The notes under the pieces were generated by a model. It searched no databases, was not told the origin of the DNA, and worked only from the letters and a program-made list of their open reading frames with translations. Positions 40,793 through 51,074 of a stretch of DNA of 64,000 nt are shown piece after piece. This DNA is from an uncultured virus (IMG/VR IMGVR_UViG_3300037963_003145) (lineage: Duplodnaviria; Heunggongvirae; Uroviricota; Caudoviricetes), in IMG/VR virus record IMGVR_UViG_3300037963_003145; one strand, written 5' to 3'. Position 1 is the stretch's first letter, and each line of letters opens with the position of its first letter. The position numbers and the translations under genes were made by a program.

Positions 40793-43606
40793 ATGAAATC
40801 TTTTAGCAACTTTTTTGGAGAAGCGAGAACCAAAGCAGGATTAGAAGCGGAAAAGAAAGGTTTAACTCATACTGGCAAAGGCTACTATGCAGATAAATCT
40901 GGAACTATTGTTGCTAAAGCTGAAGGTGGAGAACGTTTAAAAACAATCTCTAAGGCAGAACAACAGAAACTTAAAACTGGAGAACCATTAAATGGTCCAC
41001 AGTCAGTTGCTGACGTTCAAACCTTACAACAGTTTGCTTCAAAAGCAAAACAAGCACAACAAGCTCCTGCTCAAGAAGCTCCTGCACAAGAAAAACAATC
41101 ATCAGAAAAATCTGATGATAAGGATACATCCCAAGTTCCTAGGAATGAGGGAGGACCATCTATTGTAATTACGTTTGGAAGATTTAATCCTCCACACATT
41201 GGACATCAAAAACTCATGGACAGAGTTTCTGATGAAGCATATAAAGATGGTTCTGACTACATGATTTACCCAAGTCATAGTCAAGATGAGAAGAAAAATC
41301 CTTTTGATTTGTCCACTAAACATAATGTGATGAGTACAATGTTCCCTCATCATGCAAGTAATATTGCAAATGATCCTGGTTCTGGTAAAAATATCTTTGA
41401 TGTGCTAAAAGATTTGCATGGTAAAGGATATGATAATGTGAAAGTTGTTGTTGGTGATGACCGTGTAAAAGAGTTCTCGAATATTACTAGTAAGTATAAT
41501 GGTAAGACATATAACTTTGGTAAGTTGGATGTTATTAGTGCAGGTGCTAGAGATGAGAAGTCTGATGATGTAGAGGGGATGTCTGCATCTAAGATGAGAA
41601 AAGCAGCCGCTGATAATGATTATGATGCATTTAAAAAAGGTCTCCCTAAAGATCTTAAATCATCAGAAGCAAAATCTATCTACAAACAACTTCGTAGATC
41701 TATGAACATTGAGGAGGATCTATGGCAGATTGCTCCTAAGTTAGATTATAATACATTACGCGAAGAGTATTACCAAGAAAATATTTTCAACGTTGGTGAT
41801 ATTGTAGAGAGTTTGACTACTGGTGTTGAAGGTGAAATTATTGTTAGAGGACCAAACTATATTATTATGATGGATGAGGAAGAAAGAACATTTAGACAGT
41901 GGTTAATTAATATTACTGAAAAGGTACATTATGTACCAGAAAAAAAAATTCTTAAAGAATTTGGTGAATGGGTTCCTATAGCATCTGGACCAACCAATAG
42001 TGCTACTACAACATTTGGATATTTTTCTGGTGGAGAACAACAGGTAAATTATCAGACTGGAGAGCCAATTACATTTACATATTCTGCTCTTAATGGTCCT
42101 GAAAATTATCCAACTAGTATAACTGTTGACCAGGGATTTGGTGAGGTTCATACGACAAATCCTCCACCTTTTAATCAGATTGGACTTCAGGGATATGTTG
42201 CCCCAAAATTAAATCCAAAATATAAAAAGGCACAAGAAGAATTTCAGCAACAACTTGACGAGTTTAGAAAAAAAGAAGACGCCAACTTTCAGTCGATAAA
42301 AGATACTCTCAGATCTTTTGGAACTAGTTGGGAAGATATGAGAGCAAGTAAAAAGTGGGTAAAGAAATTGGGTGATGGAACTGTTGTTGCTATTATTCCA
42401 ACTGTCTCAGATGCAAATATTACGAACTGGACTAATAATGTTAAGGTTGTAAAGTTAAGACAGCATCCCAATGCTTCTGAACCAATGGATATTGTCCATG
42501 ATCTTAACGATATAGATTATGAAGTAACAAATTCTCAAATTGTAAGTTCTGTCAAACTAGAGATTGGTAAACCACCAACCGCACCAGTAGAACAAGAATA
42601 TCTTATGCCTAGGAGAAATCAATATAGAGATGTCAATCCTCAGTTGGATGCATCAAATGAATACTCTGAGAAAATTGGTGCTGATTATATGATGGGTGCG
42701 AGGGCTGGAGGTTTTCCAGCCATTAATTATGATCCATTTAAAATGGGAAGAGAGATTACAAAGGTTGCTTCTGCAGATCCATCATCTATTCCTAATATGG
42801 AAATTAGTCAAGACGATGAAAACTTTATTAAAAATTTAGAGATGCTTCCAAAGGGCGTTAATAATGTCATGCCTGGATATGGATTTGCTGGAGATATGGC
42901 TCTTAGATATGCGAAAGGTGATTATACTCCTATAACAAAATCTCCCGGATACAATTTTGATAGAAGGGTATTAGATCTTATTCGACGTTCCAGTACACCT
43001 GGTGCTGTTCAATCTTTAGCATATACTAAAGATATGCTTCCAGGTCCCTTAGGTGCTCCACAAGCATTTGGGGATTTGCCTGTTAGATTATCTCTTGGAC
43101 AATTTAACTATAGGGCAACTCCAAATGGCATAGAAGTTACAGATACGTTTAACTTTAATAAAAATACAAATATTGGGGCCCTTGGTTCGTTGGGTCTTGG
43201 AATTGGTGCAGCACTTCAAAATACTGCAGATAGATTAGTAGATATTGGAAATAGAAGAGCACAATCAAAAGGTTTAAATCCAGATGATGACTCTTTTGGA
43301 ATTCCTATTAAATATACAATTCCCTGGAATGAAGTTCCTCAACAATTAAAAAATAGGTTAGATCCCAAACAAACAATTGATCCAATAGTTAGAAAGAAAA
43401 AGAAAAAAGTTAATGAATCAACCTGGGATAAATTAAAGAGATATAGAGAGGAGAAAGTACACTGGGAAGTTGGTACTGATGCATATCGTATTGCATTGCA
43501 ACAACTAACTCCTGGAGAGGAGGTACAGTCATTTACAGGTAAGCCTGTACCCGAACCTGGAACTCCTCCAGTTACTAAATCTGTAAAGAAAAAGACCACT
43601 AAATAG
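40793..43606 (+). CDS. HIGH-motif cytidyltransferase-like protein with ~511-aa insertion
   Basis: TFGRFNPPHIGH, VVGDDRV, SAGAR, MSASKMR; late promoter ATAAATA 40757-40763. Confidence 0.85.
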   Translation: MKSFSNFFGEARTKAGLEAEKKGLTHTGKGYYADKSGTIVAKAEGGERLKTISKAEQQKLKTGEPLNGPQSVADVQTLQQFASKAKQAQQAPAQEAPAQEKQSSEKSDDKDTSQVPRNEGGPSIVITFGRFNPPHIGHQKLMDRVSDEAYKDGSDYMIYPSHSQDEKKNPFDLSTKHNVMSTMFPHHASNIANDPGSGKNIFDVLKDLHGKGYDNVKVVVGDDRVKEFSNITSKYNGKTYNFGKLDVISAGARDEKSDDVEGMSASKMRKAAADNDYDAFKKGLPKDLKSSEAKSIYKQLRRSMNIEEDLWQIAPKLDYNTLREEYYQENIFNVGDIVESLTTGVEGEIIVRGPNYIIMMDEEERTFRQWLINITEKVHYVPEKKILKEFGEWVPIASGPTNSATTTFGYFSGGEQQVNYQTGEPITFTYSALNGPENYPTSITVDQGFGEVHTTNPPPFNQIGLQGYVAPKLNPKYKKAQEEFQQQLDEFRKKEDANFQSIKDTLRSFGTSWEDMRASKKWVKKLGDGTVVAIIPTVSDANITNWTNNVKVVKLRQHPNASEPMDIVHDLNDIDYEVTNSQIVSSVKLEIGKPPTAPVEQEYLMPRRNQYRDVNPQLDASNEYSEKIGADYMMGARAGGFPAINYDPFKMGREITKVASADPSSIPNMEISQDDENFIKNLEMLPKGVNNVMPGYGFAGDMALRYAKGDYTPITKSPGYNFDRRVLDLIRRSSTPGAVQSLAYTKDMLPGPLGAPQAFGDLPVRLSLGQFNYRATPNGIEVTDTFNFNKNTNIGALGSLGLGIGAALQNTADRLVDIGNRRAQSKGLNPDDDSFGIPIKYTIPWNEVPQQLKNRLDPKQTIDPIVRKKKKKVNESTWDKLKRYREEKVHWEVGTDAYRIALQQLTPGEEVQSFTGKPVPEPGTPPVTKSVKKKTTK

Positions 43607-43628
43607 TATTAAAACAAAAGTATATCTA

Positions 43629-45383
43629 ATGGACCTATCTAAAATTGCCTCCTTTATTACTTTAGAACCTTCTCAACTCTTCCGTGCAGAAAGATTCGTT
43701 GAGCAAGGTCTTAAGATGTATAATTCTGATGAAGAATTAACAGAAGCTTATTTGAGAGAAAACCTCCATGGTGTAACTTTAGATTACGCTATGCATGTTT
43801 TAGATGAATCTTCCACATCATATATGGATGTTGCGATTCATAACCAGGGAGGTAAGTTTAGTGCTCCTACCGCTGGTGTGTATGGAGTTTCTTCACGTCC
43901 TGAAATCAAACAAAAGATTAAAGATAAAGTTCTCAAGAAGAATGAACTTGAGAAGAAACAGAGAAAGATGAATAAGGAAGAGGTTGAGCAAGTAGATGAA
44001 CTCTACAAAGGCAAGCATGGTCAGACTGAGAAACAGTATCAGGACTCTCGCTCTCCTGCTGGTAAGATGATCTCCGGTGACTCTAAGGGTAGTGGTGCAA
44101 ACTACTCTTATAGGGCAAAAAATACTGGTCCTAATCCTGCTGGTGGTTCTAAGAAACCACAAGGTCAGGCTCGTATGAATAATAAAGATAGAGCATATTT
44201 GAAGATGCAGAAAGCAAACCTCAAGAAAGAGGAAGTTGTTAATGAGGAAGGTGCAGATAGATTGAAAGATCGCCGCATGGAACGTGGTGGTGTTGATGGA
44301 AACAATCGTTACAACAAAGCACCAGGTAAACCAAATCTTGCAGGTAAGAAACCATCGAGTGGAATGTCTGCATTTGATAAGGTCGCTGGTGATCTTAAGA
44401 AGAAATATGGTGAGAAAGCAATCTATGCTAAGAAGACTACCAAGGAAGAAGTAGTTCTAGAGAAGAAAGCTGCTAAGGATTATGATGGTGATGGCAAGAT
44501 TGAATCTGGTTCTAAGGAACATGCAGGTGCAGTCCACAATGCTATCCAACGTGCAAAGGGTAAGAAAGCAGATGGTAAAGATACTCGTAAAGAGGAAGTA
44601 ATAAATCTTTCTGATTCTCTTTCTCTCGTCGAAGGTAAGGTTGCATGTAAGAAGTGTTCCGGTAAAGGATGTGATGAGTGCAAAGGAAAGGGTTATAAAG
44701 TAACTCACAATTGTTCTTCTAAGGTTGAACATGCTGAGTGGGGTACAGGTGAGTGTATCAAAGAGATGCATACTCTAGATGAAAACGGTCGCATCTCTCA
44801 CTATGATGTTATTTTTGCACATGGTATTGAAGAGAATGTATCTGTACATGATCTAACTACATTAGTTTCTGAGATGCATGAACATGCTATCAACGATGAA
44901 AAGAATGAAGTTGTTGAAAGTATGAAACAAGCACGTAAGAACGTTGGTGCTTCTAAGTGCTGGAAAGGTTACAAAGCACAAGGAACCAAAACCAAAGATG
45001 GTAAAGTAGTTCCTAACTGTGTTAAAGAGGATGAAGAGATTGATGAAGCGATGGTGGAGATCAAGGGTAAAAAGAAAGGTAATGTAATTATCAACCCTGA
45101 AGTCAAGAAGGTTACTGAGGATGCAGATGTTGCTAAAAAGCAACAGGTTCAGAGAAAGCAACTAATGCTTAATAAGCAGAAACTTGCTTTACAACAGAGA
45201 GCAACTTCCAAGAAGAAATCAACTGACATGCATATGGAAGAGACGGAAGACATTCAAGAAGTTGATATGTCAACACGTTCTGTTGATTATGGTCAGGAGA
45301 TTGAGAACACGACTCTTAAGAGAAAGAAAGAAAAGAAATCACTTTCAGATTTCAAGAAACTTTCAAAACCAAAAGAGTCCTGA
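43629..45383 (+). CDS. Highly charged modular protein, probable internal head/virion protein
   Basis: K/E-rich, short modules separated by KEE/VxE; CxxC pair; CWKGY..GTK..VPNCVKE; late box CTAAATA upstream. Confidence 0.7.
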   Translation: MDLSKIASFITLEPSQLFRAERFVEQGLKMYNSDEELTEAYLRENLHGVTLDYAMHVLDESSTSYMDVAIHNQGGKFSAPTAGVYGVSSRPEIKQKIKDKVLKKNELEKKQRKMNKEEVEQVDELYKGKHGQTEKQYQDSRSPAGKMISGDSKGSGANYSYRAKNTGPNPAGGSKKPQGQARMNNKDRAYLKMQKANLKKEEVVNEEGADRLKDRRMERGGVDGNNRYNKAPGKPNLAGKKPSSGMSAFDKVAGDLKKKYGEKAIYAKKTTKEEVVLEKKAAKDYDGDGKIESGSKEHAGAVHNAIQRAKGKKADGKDTRKEEVINLSDSLSLVEGKVACKKCSGKGCDECKGKGYKVTHNCSSKVEHAEWGTGECIKEMHTLDENGRISHYDVIFAHGIEENVSVHDLTTLVSEMHEHAINDEKNEVVESMKQARKNVGASKCWKGYKAQGTKTKDGKVVPNCVKEDEEIDEAMVEIKGKKKGNVIINPEVKKVTEDADVAKKQQVQRKQLMLNKQKLALQQRATSKKKSTDMHMEETEDIQEVDMSTRSVDYGQEIENTTLKRKKEKKSLSDFKKLSKPKES

Positions 45384-45429
45384 TGTAAAATAAAAGGGGA
45401 TAAATAATTGAGGCCTATGTTATAAGATA

Positions 45430-45633
45430 ATGCTTTCAATTTTACTCCCCCTTGCATCAAAAATCATTTCTGATGCTGTCGCTAAAATTCCCGAAAACGA
45501 AGAGTTAGGTGAAAAGTTAGTTGAGATTTGCCTTGTTATTCTCAAGAAGGCTGTTAAATTAACTAAAACCGATATGGATGATCAACTACTTGCTGTAGTT
45601 GAAAAAGCAATTCTCGCAAGAGATGAAGAGTGA
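45430..45633 (+). CDS. Hypothetical protein
   Basis: 67 aa; late promoter upstream, terminator downstream. Confidence 0.8.
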   Translation: MLSILLPLASKIISDAVAKIPENEELGEKLVEICLVILKKAVKLTKTDMDDQLLAVVEKAILARDEE

Positions 45634-45637
45634 TTCT

Positions 45638-45667
45638 AGGGGACTTACGTCCCCTTCTTTATAAATA
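45638..45667 (+). terminator. Terminator followed by late promoter TATAAATA (45660-45667)
   Basis: AGGGGAC-TTAC-GTCCCCT + TCTTT. Confidence 0.75.
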
Positions 45668-45699
45668 AGATATAGGAATACAAACTTATAAGGAGACCA

Positions 45700-46485
45700 A
45701 TGGCAATTTTTGGAAAAATAGATGCCGCAACTTTTGCAAATAATGTAGGTGTCACACAAACAAGCGCAACAGTCACTAAGAACGCTGCTGATACAGTAGA
45801 AGAAGGTGATGTTCTAGTTTTAGGTGGAGTTAATTATATCGTTAGAACAGTAACTTCCACCACTTCAATTGAACTACATAAAGCATATGCAGCTGCAACT
45901 AATTCTGGACTTGCTGGTGCAGTAAGACGCACTCCACCTAAAAAGGTTGCTGAGTTCGTAATTAAAGGTGGAGATTCTATCACCGATTACCAATTAATCT
46001 TTGTTGACAACACCGAGAAAGATGTTGCATCAAACAAAGCACGTGGTATCACTGGACCTGGTTGGTGGTTATATAGAACATATACTGATGTTTCTGGTAG
46101 AACCCGCCATAAGGCAGAATGTCTTGCATTCGTTCACGCAACTGCAGCTGCTGCAGGTGACTCCGCAGACGATACAGTCGCAGCAGATGTTATTGAGACC
46201 ATTACCATTGGTACTCAACCTGCTAACCAGAACACATCTAGTGGTGGTGCAACATTCTCTGTTTCTGCAACTGCATCTGCATCTGGTACGCTTGCATATC
46301 AGTGGCAGAAGAGAACCAGTTCCTCTGGTCGTTTTGCTAACGTCTCTGGTGCAACCAGTGCATCTCTCGCATTGACTGGTCAGACTGCTGCTGCAACTGG
46401 TAACCAGTATAGAGTTAAGATTACCACCTCTAAGGGTGCTGCTGAAGTCACATCTAACGCTGCAACTCTAACGTTCGTTTCTTGA
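45700..46485 (+). CDS. Virion structural protein with C-terminal Ig-like domain
   Basis: GITGPGWWLY..RHKAE; QP...F.V.A...YQWQ...YRV..SNAATLT. Confidence 0.8.
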   Translation: MAIFGKIDAATFANNVGVTQTSATVTKNAADTVEEGDVLVLGGVNYIVRTVTSTTSIELHKAYAAATNSGLAGAVRRTPPKKVAEFVIKGGDSITDYQLIFVDNTEKDVASNKARGITGPGWWLYRTYTDVSGRTRHKAECLAFVHATAAAAGDSADDTVAADVIETITIGTQPANQNTSSGGATFSVSATASASGTLAYQWQKRTSSSGRFANVSGATSASLALTGQTAAATGNQYRVKITTSKGAAEVTSNAATLTFVS

Positions 46486-46497
46486 TGATTATATTAT

Positions 46498-46860
46498 ATG
46501 AAATTTACTGAATTGAATGAAAATAATTTTTTATTATTCGCTATAAAACATTATGACAATCCCCATTGTTCGACAAGAGATGATTTTTACGAGGATCTGA
46601 AAAGATTCAAATACATCAAACGACTACTAAAAAAGTATATAAAAACTGGTGATCTTAAAACTCATCTCTTATTAAATCATATAATTATAATCTATAATAT
46701 TTTTGGTGATGCTGGAACACCATTACTTTTTTTCAAACTTGAACGAGAGTATTGGTCTTCATTAAAATCTATCCTAGTATTTTTAAATAGGATAGATGAA
46801 AGTAGTATGTCTAATGTTGAACTTGATGAGTTCTGTTTACAAGAGTTAAATAAATTATAA
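46498..46860 (+). CDS. Conserved T4-like hypothetical protein
   Basis: FAIKHYDNP.C...EDLKRFKYIKRL...LLLNHIII. Confidence 0.85.
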   Translation: MKFTELNENNFLLFAIKHYDNPHCSTRDDFYEDLKRFKYIKRLLKKYIKTGDLKTHLLLNHIIIIYNIFGDAGTPLLFFKLEREYWSSLKSILVFLNRIDESSMSNVELDEFCLQELNKL

Positions 46861-47354
46861 TGGATAAAAAAGATGTCTATAGTATGTGGGAAGACTCTAT
46901 CGGTGGCGGTGGTGCCATGCCCACAAATAGTGCTACAGGTGGTGCTATTGCTGGACTTCCTCCAGATGAACCTCCAGTCAGAAAAAAGAAAAAGTATGAC
47001 GGCAGACGCAAGGATGTCAGGGAGTTTGTTGCAAAGTTGTTAAAGAGAAGACAACAAAGACTAGAACAGAAACTCAAGAATCAAACTAAATCACTAGAAG
47101 AAGAGTTGGAAGCGCTTCAAGAAAGTGGTGGTAAAGTTATTGATCAACTTAAAAAGATTGCTATGGCCGGTGGAACTGGAACAGTTCAATTTGATGATGG
47201 TAGTAAACAACCGGTAGAACCATCTGAAGCTGGTAAAATAGTAAATCTATATCAAAATTTAAATGCAAGTAATAGAGTTAAGATGATTACATCTATTAAT
47301 TCTTCTACCACTGCATACGAAAAAGTAAAAGCTTTCGCTCAATCTAGAACTTAA
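46860..47354 (+). CDS. Hypothetical protein
   Basis: PTNS..GGAIAGLPPDEPPV; coupled start. Confidence 0.8.
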   Translation: MDKKDVYSMWEDSIGGGGAMPTNSATGGAIAGLPPDEPPVRKKKKYDGRRKDVREFVAKLLKRRQQRLEQKLKNQTKSLEEELEALQESGGKVIDQLKKIAMAGGTGTVQFDDGSKQPVEPSEAGKIVNLYQNLNASNRVKMITSINSSTTAYEKVKAFAQSRT

Positions 47355-47355
47355 A

Positions 47356-47766
47356 ATGTTTACCCCGAATTCAAAAGTGGCAGTATTAGAATCTAAACTT
47401 GACATCTACGAAGATCTTTCTAGAGAGATGTTATCGAAGTTGGAATCTGCTGTCGATAAAATTTCTGAGGGTAACCAAAGAATTGCTATTGTATTGGAAC
47501 GTCATGAAAATAGATTAGATGAGTCTGATAAATCTGATCAAGCAATCCTACAATTGATCACTAGAGTAGAACATAACTTAGAAGATCTGGAAAAGAAAGT
47601 AGATCAACTATCAAAGTTTAGGTGGGTTACTATTGGTGTTGCTACAGCTGCAGTGGTTATCCTAAAGTCAGCTGAACTGTTTGGATCGATCCTTTCACTT
47701 CCTCAGAAACCATTGACAACTTCTATGGTCTATGGTACAGTAGTGGAACGAGTGAATCCCATGTAA
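47356..47766 (+). CDS. Coiled-coil protein with one C-terminal TM segment
   Basis: Heptad pattern then KFRW-VTIGVATAAVVIL. Confidence 0.8.
   Translation: MFTPNSKVAVLESKLDIYEDLSREMLSKLESAVDKISEGNQRIAIVLERHENRLDESDKSDQAILQLITRVEHNLEDLEKKVDQLSKFRWVTIGVATAAVVILKSAELFGSILSLPQKPLTTSMVYGTVVERVNPM
47713..47741 (+). promoter_or_regulatory. Sigma70-type promoter for primase-nrdAB
   Basis: TTGACA-17-TACAGT. Confidence 0.6.
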
Positions 47767-48746
47767 TGTCCTTTATTGATCTGAAGTATATTAATATTAT
47801 TTCCCCTCGTCTAGAAAAATTTTCAAAGAAGAAAGACTACCTCTATAATTTCCGTTGTCCCTATTGTGGCGATTCTAAGAAGAACAAGAATCGTGCAAGA
47901 GGGTTTTTCTTTCTGAAGAAATCAGATATGGTTTACAAATGCCACAACTGTGGTGTTGGTAGAACTCTTGCGAATTTTTTGAAAGACATGGATGTAACAC
48001 TTCATGATGAGTATGTCATGGAGAGGTATAAACGTGGACTTACTGGTAAGGGTACTAACACTGCTAGTCCTAAGTTTGAATTTGAGAAACCAGTATTTTC
48101 ACGATCCGAAAACTTAAAAAGTTTGAGGAAAATATCAGAACTAAATAAAGAACATCCCGCCAGAGAATATCTTGCAAACAGGCACATACCAGAAAAATAT
48201 TACCATACCCTGTACTATGCTGAAGATTTCAATAAGTGGGCCGGAACAACTAATACGTTTAAGGAAGGTAGAATTGTAATTCCTTTGTTAGACCTAAATG
48301 GGAACATGATTGGGTATCAGGGTAGATCTTTACAGAAAGATGCAAAACTCAGATACATTACTATAATGATAGATGAATCACATCCTAAAGTATTTGGATT
48401 AGATAGAGTAAACCCGACCGAAAAAGTTTATGTCACAGAAGGACCCTTTGACAGTTATTTCATTACCAACGCTATTGCTATGTGTGGTAGCGATGTTGAC
48501 CTTAGCAGTTACGATTATCGATTCGTATACACCTACGACAACGAACCACGATCGAGACAGATTGTTGATAAGATTGCGACAGCGATCAGGGGCGGACATA
48601 AGGTAGTAATCTTTCCTAAAACTATTAAACAAAAAGATCTGAATGACATGACACTTGCTGGACATGATGTTCAATCTCTGGTAGAATGCAACACGTACCA
48701 AGGCTTAGAAGCAACAATTAAACTAAACGAGTGGAAAAAAGTATGA
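47766..48746 (+). CDS. gp61: DNA primase
   Basis: RCPYCGDS, KCHNCG, EGPFDS, DNEPR. Confidence 0.97.
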   Translation: MSFIDLKYINIISPRLEKFSKKKDYLYNFRCPYCGDSKKNKNRARGFFFLKKSDMVYKCHNCGVGRTLANFLKDMDVTLHDEYVMERYKRGLTGKGTNTASPKFEFEKPVFSRSENLKSLRKISELNKEHPAREYLANRHIPEKYYHTLYYAEDFNKWAGTTNTFKEGRIVIPLLDLNGNMIGYQGRSLQKDAKLRYITIMIDESHPKVFGLDRVNPTEKVYVTEGPFDSYFITNAIAMCGSDVDLSSYDYRFVYTYDNEPRSRQIVDKIATAIRGGHKVVIFPKTIKQKDLNDMTLAGHDVQSLVECNTYQGLEATIKLNEWKKV

Positions 48747-51064
48747 CAAATGGCACCAAAGTACAAAAGCGAAATGGAGAACTTGAGTCTCTGAATCTTG
48801 ACAAGATCCATGCTATGGTCGATTGTGCATGTGATGGATTAGCAGGTGTATCTCCATCACAGGTAGAAATTCAATCTGGTATTCAATTTTATGACGGTAT
48901 CACTACAAGTGAAATCCAAGAAATCCTAGTTAAATCTGCTAGTGATTTAATTAGTCTAGACAATCCAAACTATCAGTTTGTTGCTGCTCGTTTGCTTCTC
49001 TTCGGTCTTTACAAACAAGTATTTGGTGATGGTTGGAAAGAAAGTTTTCCACCAGTATCTGAGCATTTGAAGAACAATGAAAATATTTACGACTCTAAAA
49101 TTTACAATAAGTATACTGAGGGTGAGTGGTTTGTAATCGATAAGATGATCGATCATGGTCGTGATTATCTGTTTACATATGCTGGTTTGAGACAGGTTGT
49201 AGATAAATACCTAGTCCAAGACAGGAGCACTAGTAAGATTTACGAGACTCCTCAGTACATGTATCTTCTAATTGCTGTAACTCTGTTCCAGGATTATCCA
49301 CAAGATACTAGGTTGGATTACGTCCGAAGATACTACAATGCAATCTCAAAGCACAAAATCAACATCCCAACACCAATCATGGCTGGGGTCAGAACATCCT
49401 TGCGTCAATTTGCATCTTGTGTTCTCGTTGATGTTGATGACACCCTCGATAGTATCTTTAGCAGTGATATGGCTATTGGTAAATACGTCGCACAAAGGGC
49501 TGGTATTGGTATTAACGCAGGTAGAATTCGTGGGATCAATTCTAAGATTAGAGGCGGCGAGGTACAACACACAGGTGTTGTCCCCTTCCTTAAAAAGTTT
49601 GAATCAACTGTTCGATGCTGCACACAAAACGGCATCAGAGGTGGTTCTGCTACAGTTCACTTTCCTATCTGGCACCAAGAAATCGAAGACATCATCGTCC
49701 TGAAGAATAACAAAGGAACGGAGGATAATCGTGTCAGAAAACTTGACTACTCGATCCAGATTTCAAAACTTTTCTACGAACGTTTCATCAAGAATGAAGA
49801 GGTTAGCCTTTTCTCACCGCATGATACGCCGGGTCTCTATGATGCTTTTGGGACTGATAAGTTTGACGACTTATATGTTCGTTACGAACGAGATGAGTCT
49901 GTTCCGAGAAAGACTATCGGGGCACAAGAACTCTTCTTGAACATCTTGAAGGAACGTGCAGAGACTGGTCGTTTGTATATCATGAACATCGACCACTGTA
50001 ACGAACATTCTTCGTTCAAGGATAAAGTAAACATGTCTAATCTCTGTCAAGAGATTACACTACCAACCGATCCCATCAATCACATTGATGATACTGCTGG
50101 TGAGATTGCTCTCTGTATTCTCTCTGCTGTCAATGTTGGTAAACTTCGTAACATTGAAGAGATGGAGGAACTATGTGATCTATCTGTACGTGGTCTAGAA
50201 GAACTGATTGAGTATCAAGACTATCCTGTTCCTGCTGCAGAAAGAAGTACAAAGGACCGTCGATCTCTTGGGGTAGGGTTCATTGGTCTCGCTCACTATC
50301 TTGCAAAACAAGGACACAAGTATAGTGATCCAGATGCTCTAAAAGAAGTTCATAAGATCACAGAAGCGTTCCAATACTATCTCTTAAAATCTTCTAATCA
50401 GGTTGCAAAAGAAAAGGGTGCTTGCAACGGTTTCTCTCGTACAAAGTATGCTGATGGAATTCTCCCGATAGATACATATAAGAGTGACGTAGATGAATTA
50501 GTAGAACCAGAGTACAATTATGATTGGGAATCTCTTAGGACATCTATCACCACCTACGGGTTACGGCACTCAACACTGTCCGCACAAATGCCTTCAGAGA
50601 GCAGTTCCGTTGTGTCAAACGCAACAAATGGAATTGAACCGCCGCGTGATTATTTGTCCGTTAAAAAATCAAAAAAAGGACCTCTTAAGCAGATTGTTCC
50701 ACAATATACCACTCTGAAGAATAACTATACTCTTCTGTGGGATATGGAATCTAATCGTGGTTATATTAATATTGTTGCCGTGATGCAGAAATTCTTTGAC
50801 CAAGCAATTTCTGGTAACTGGAGTTACAACCCTGAAAATTATCCAGACAATGAAGTTCCAGTTTCTTCTATGGCACAAGATCTCCTAACTACATATAAGT
50901 TTGGATGGAAAACCTCATACTACCAGAACACTTATGACGCAAAGAAAGATGTAGACGATCCTGCTCATTCAATTGGGTGGAAGGATAACGTACCAGACGT
51001 AGATAATCTAATCAAACAACTATCACAAGTGGAGGAAGAAGACTGTGAGTCTTGCAAGATCTAA
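48743..51064 (+). CDS. nrdA: Class Ia ribonucleotide reductase alpha
   Basis: ATP cone, SCVL, SNLCQEI, MPSESSS, CESCKI. Confidence 0.99.
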   Translation: MTNGTKVQKRNGELESLNLDKIHAMVDCACDGLAGVSPSQVEIQSGIQFYDGITTSEIQEILVKSASDLISLDNPNYQFVAARLLLFGLYKQVFGDGWKESFPPVSEHLKNNENIYDSKIYNKYTEGEWFVIDKMIDHGRDYLFTYAGLRQVVDKYLVQDRSTSKIYETPQYMYLLIAVTLFQDYPQDTRLDYVRRYYNAISKHKINIPTPIMAGVRTSLRQFASCVLVDVDDTLDSIFSSDMAIGKYVAQRAGIGINAGRIRGINSKIRGGEVQHTGVVPFLKKFESTVRCCTQNGIRGGSATVHFPIWHQEIEDIIVLKNNKGTEDNRVRKLDYSIQISKLFYERFIKNEEVSLFSPHDTPGLYDAFGTDKFDDLYVRYERDESVPRKTIGAQELFLNILKERAETGRLYIMNIDHCNEHSSFKDKVNMSNLCQEITLPTDPINHIDDTAGEIALCILSAVNVGKLRNIEEMEELCDLSVRGLEELIEYQDYPVPAAERSTKDRRSLGVGFIGLAHYLAKQGHKYSDPDALKEVHKITEAFQYYLLKSSNQVAKEKGACNGFSRTKYADGILPIDTYKSDVDELVEPEYNYDWESLRTSITTYGLRHSTLSAQMPSESSSVVSNATNGIEPPRDYLSVKKSKKGPLKQIVPQYTTLKNNYTLLWDMESNRGYINIVAVMQKFFDQAISGNWSYNPENYPDNEVPVSSMAQDLLTTYKFGWKTSYYQNTYDAKKDVDDPAHSIGWKDNVPDVDNLIKQLSQVEEEDCESCKI

Positions 51065-51074
51065 GGAGAATTAC

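Noticed and set aside
43080..43165. Colicin-M-like motif (LG.F...D.FNF) in the insert
   Set aside because: Too short and divergent to support without a profile search.
41918..43463. Intein in the cytidyltransferase
   Set aside because: No Cys/Ser start, His-Asn end or LAGLIDADG motifs.
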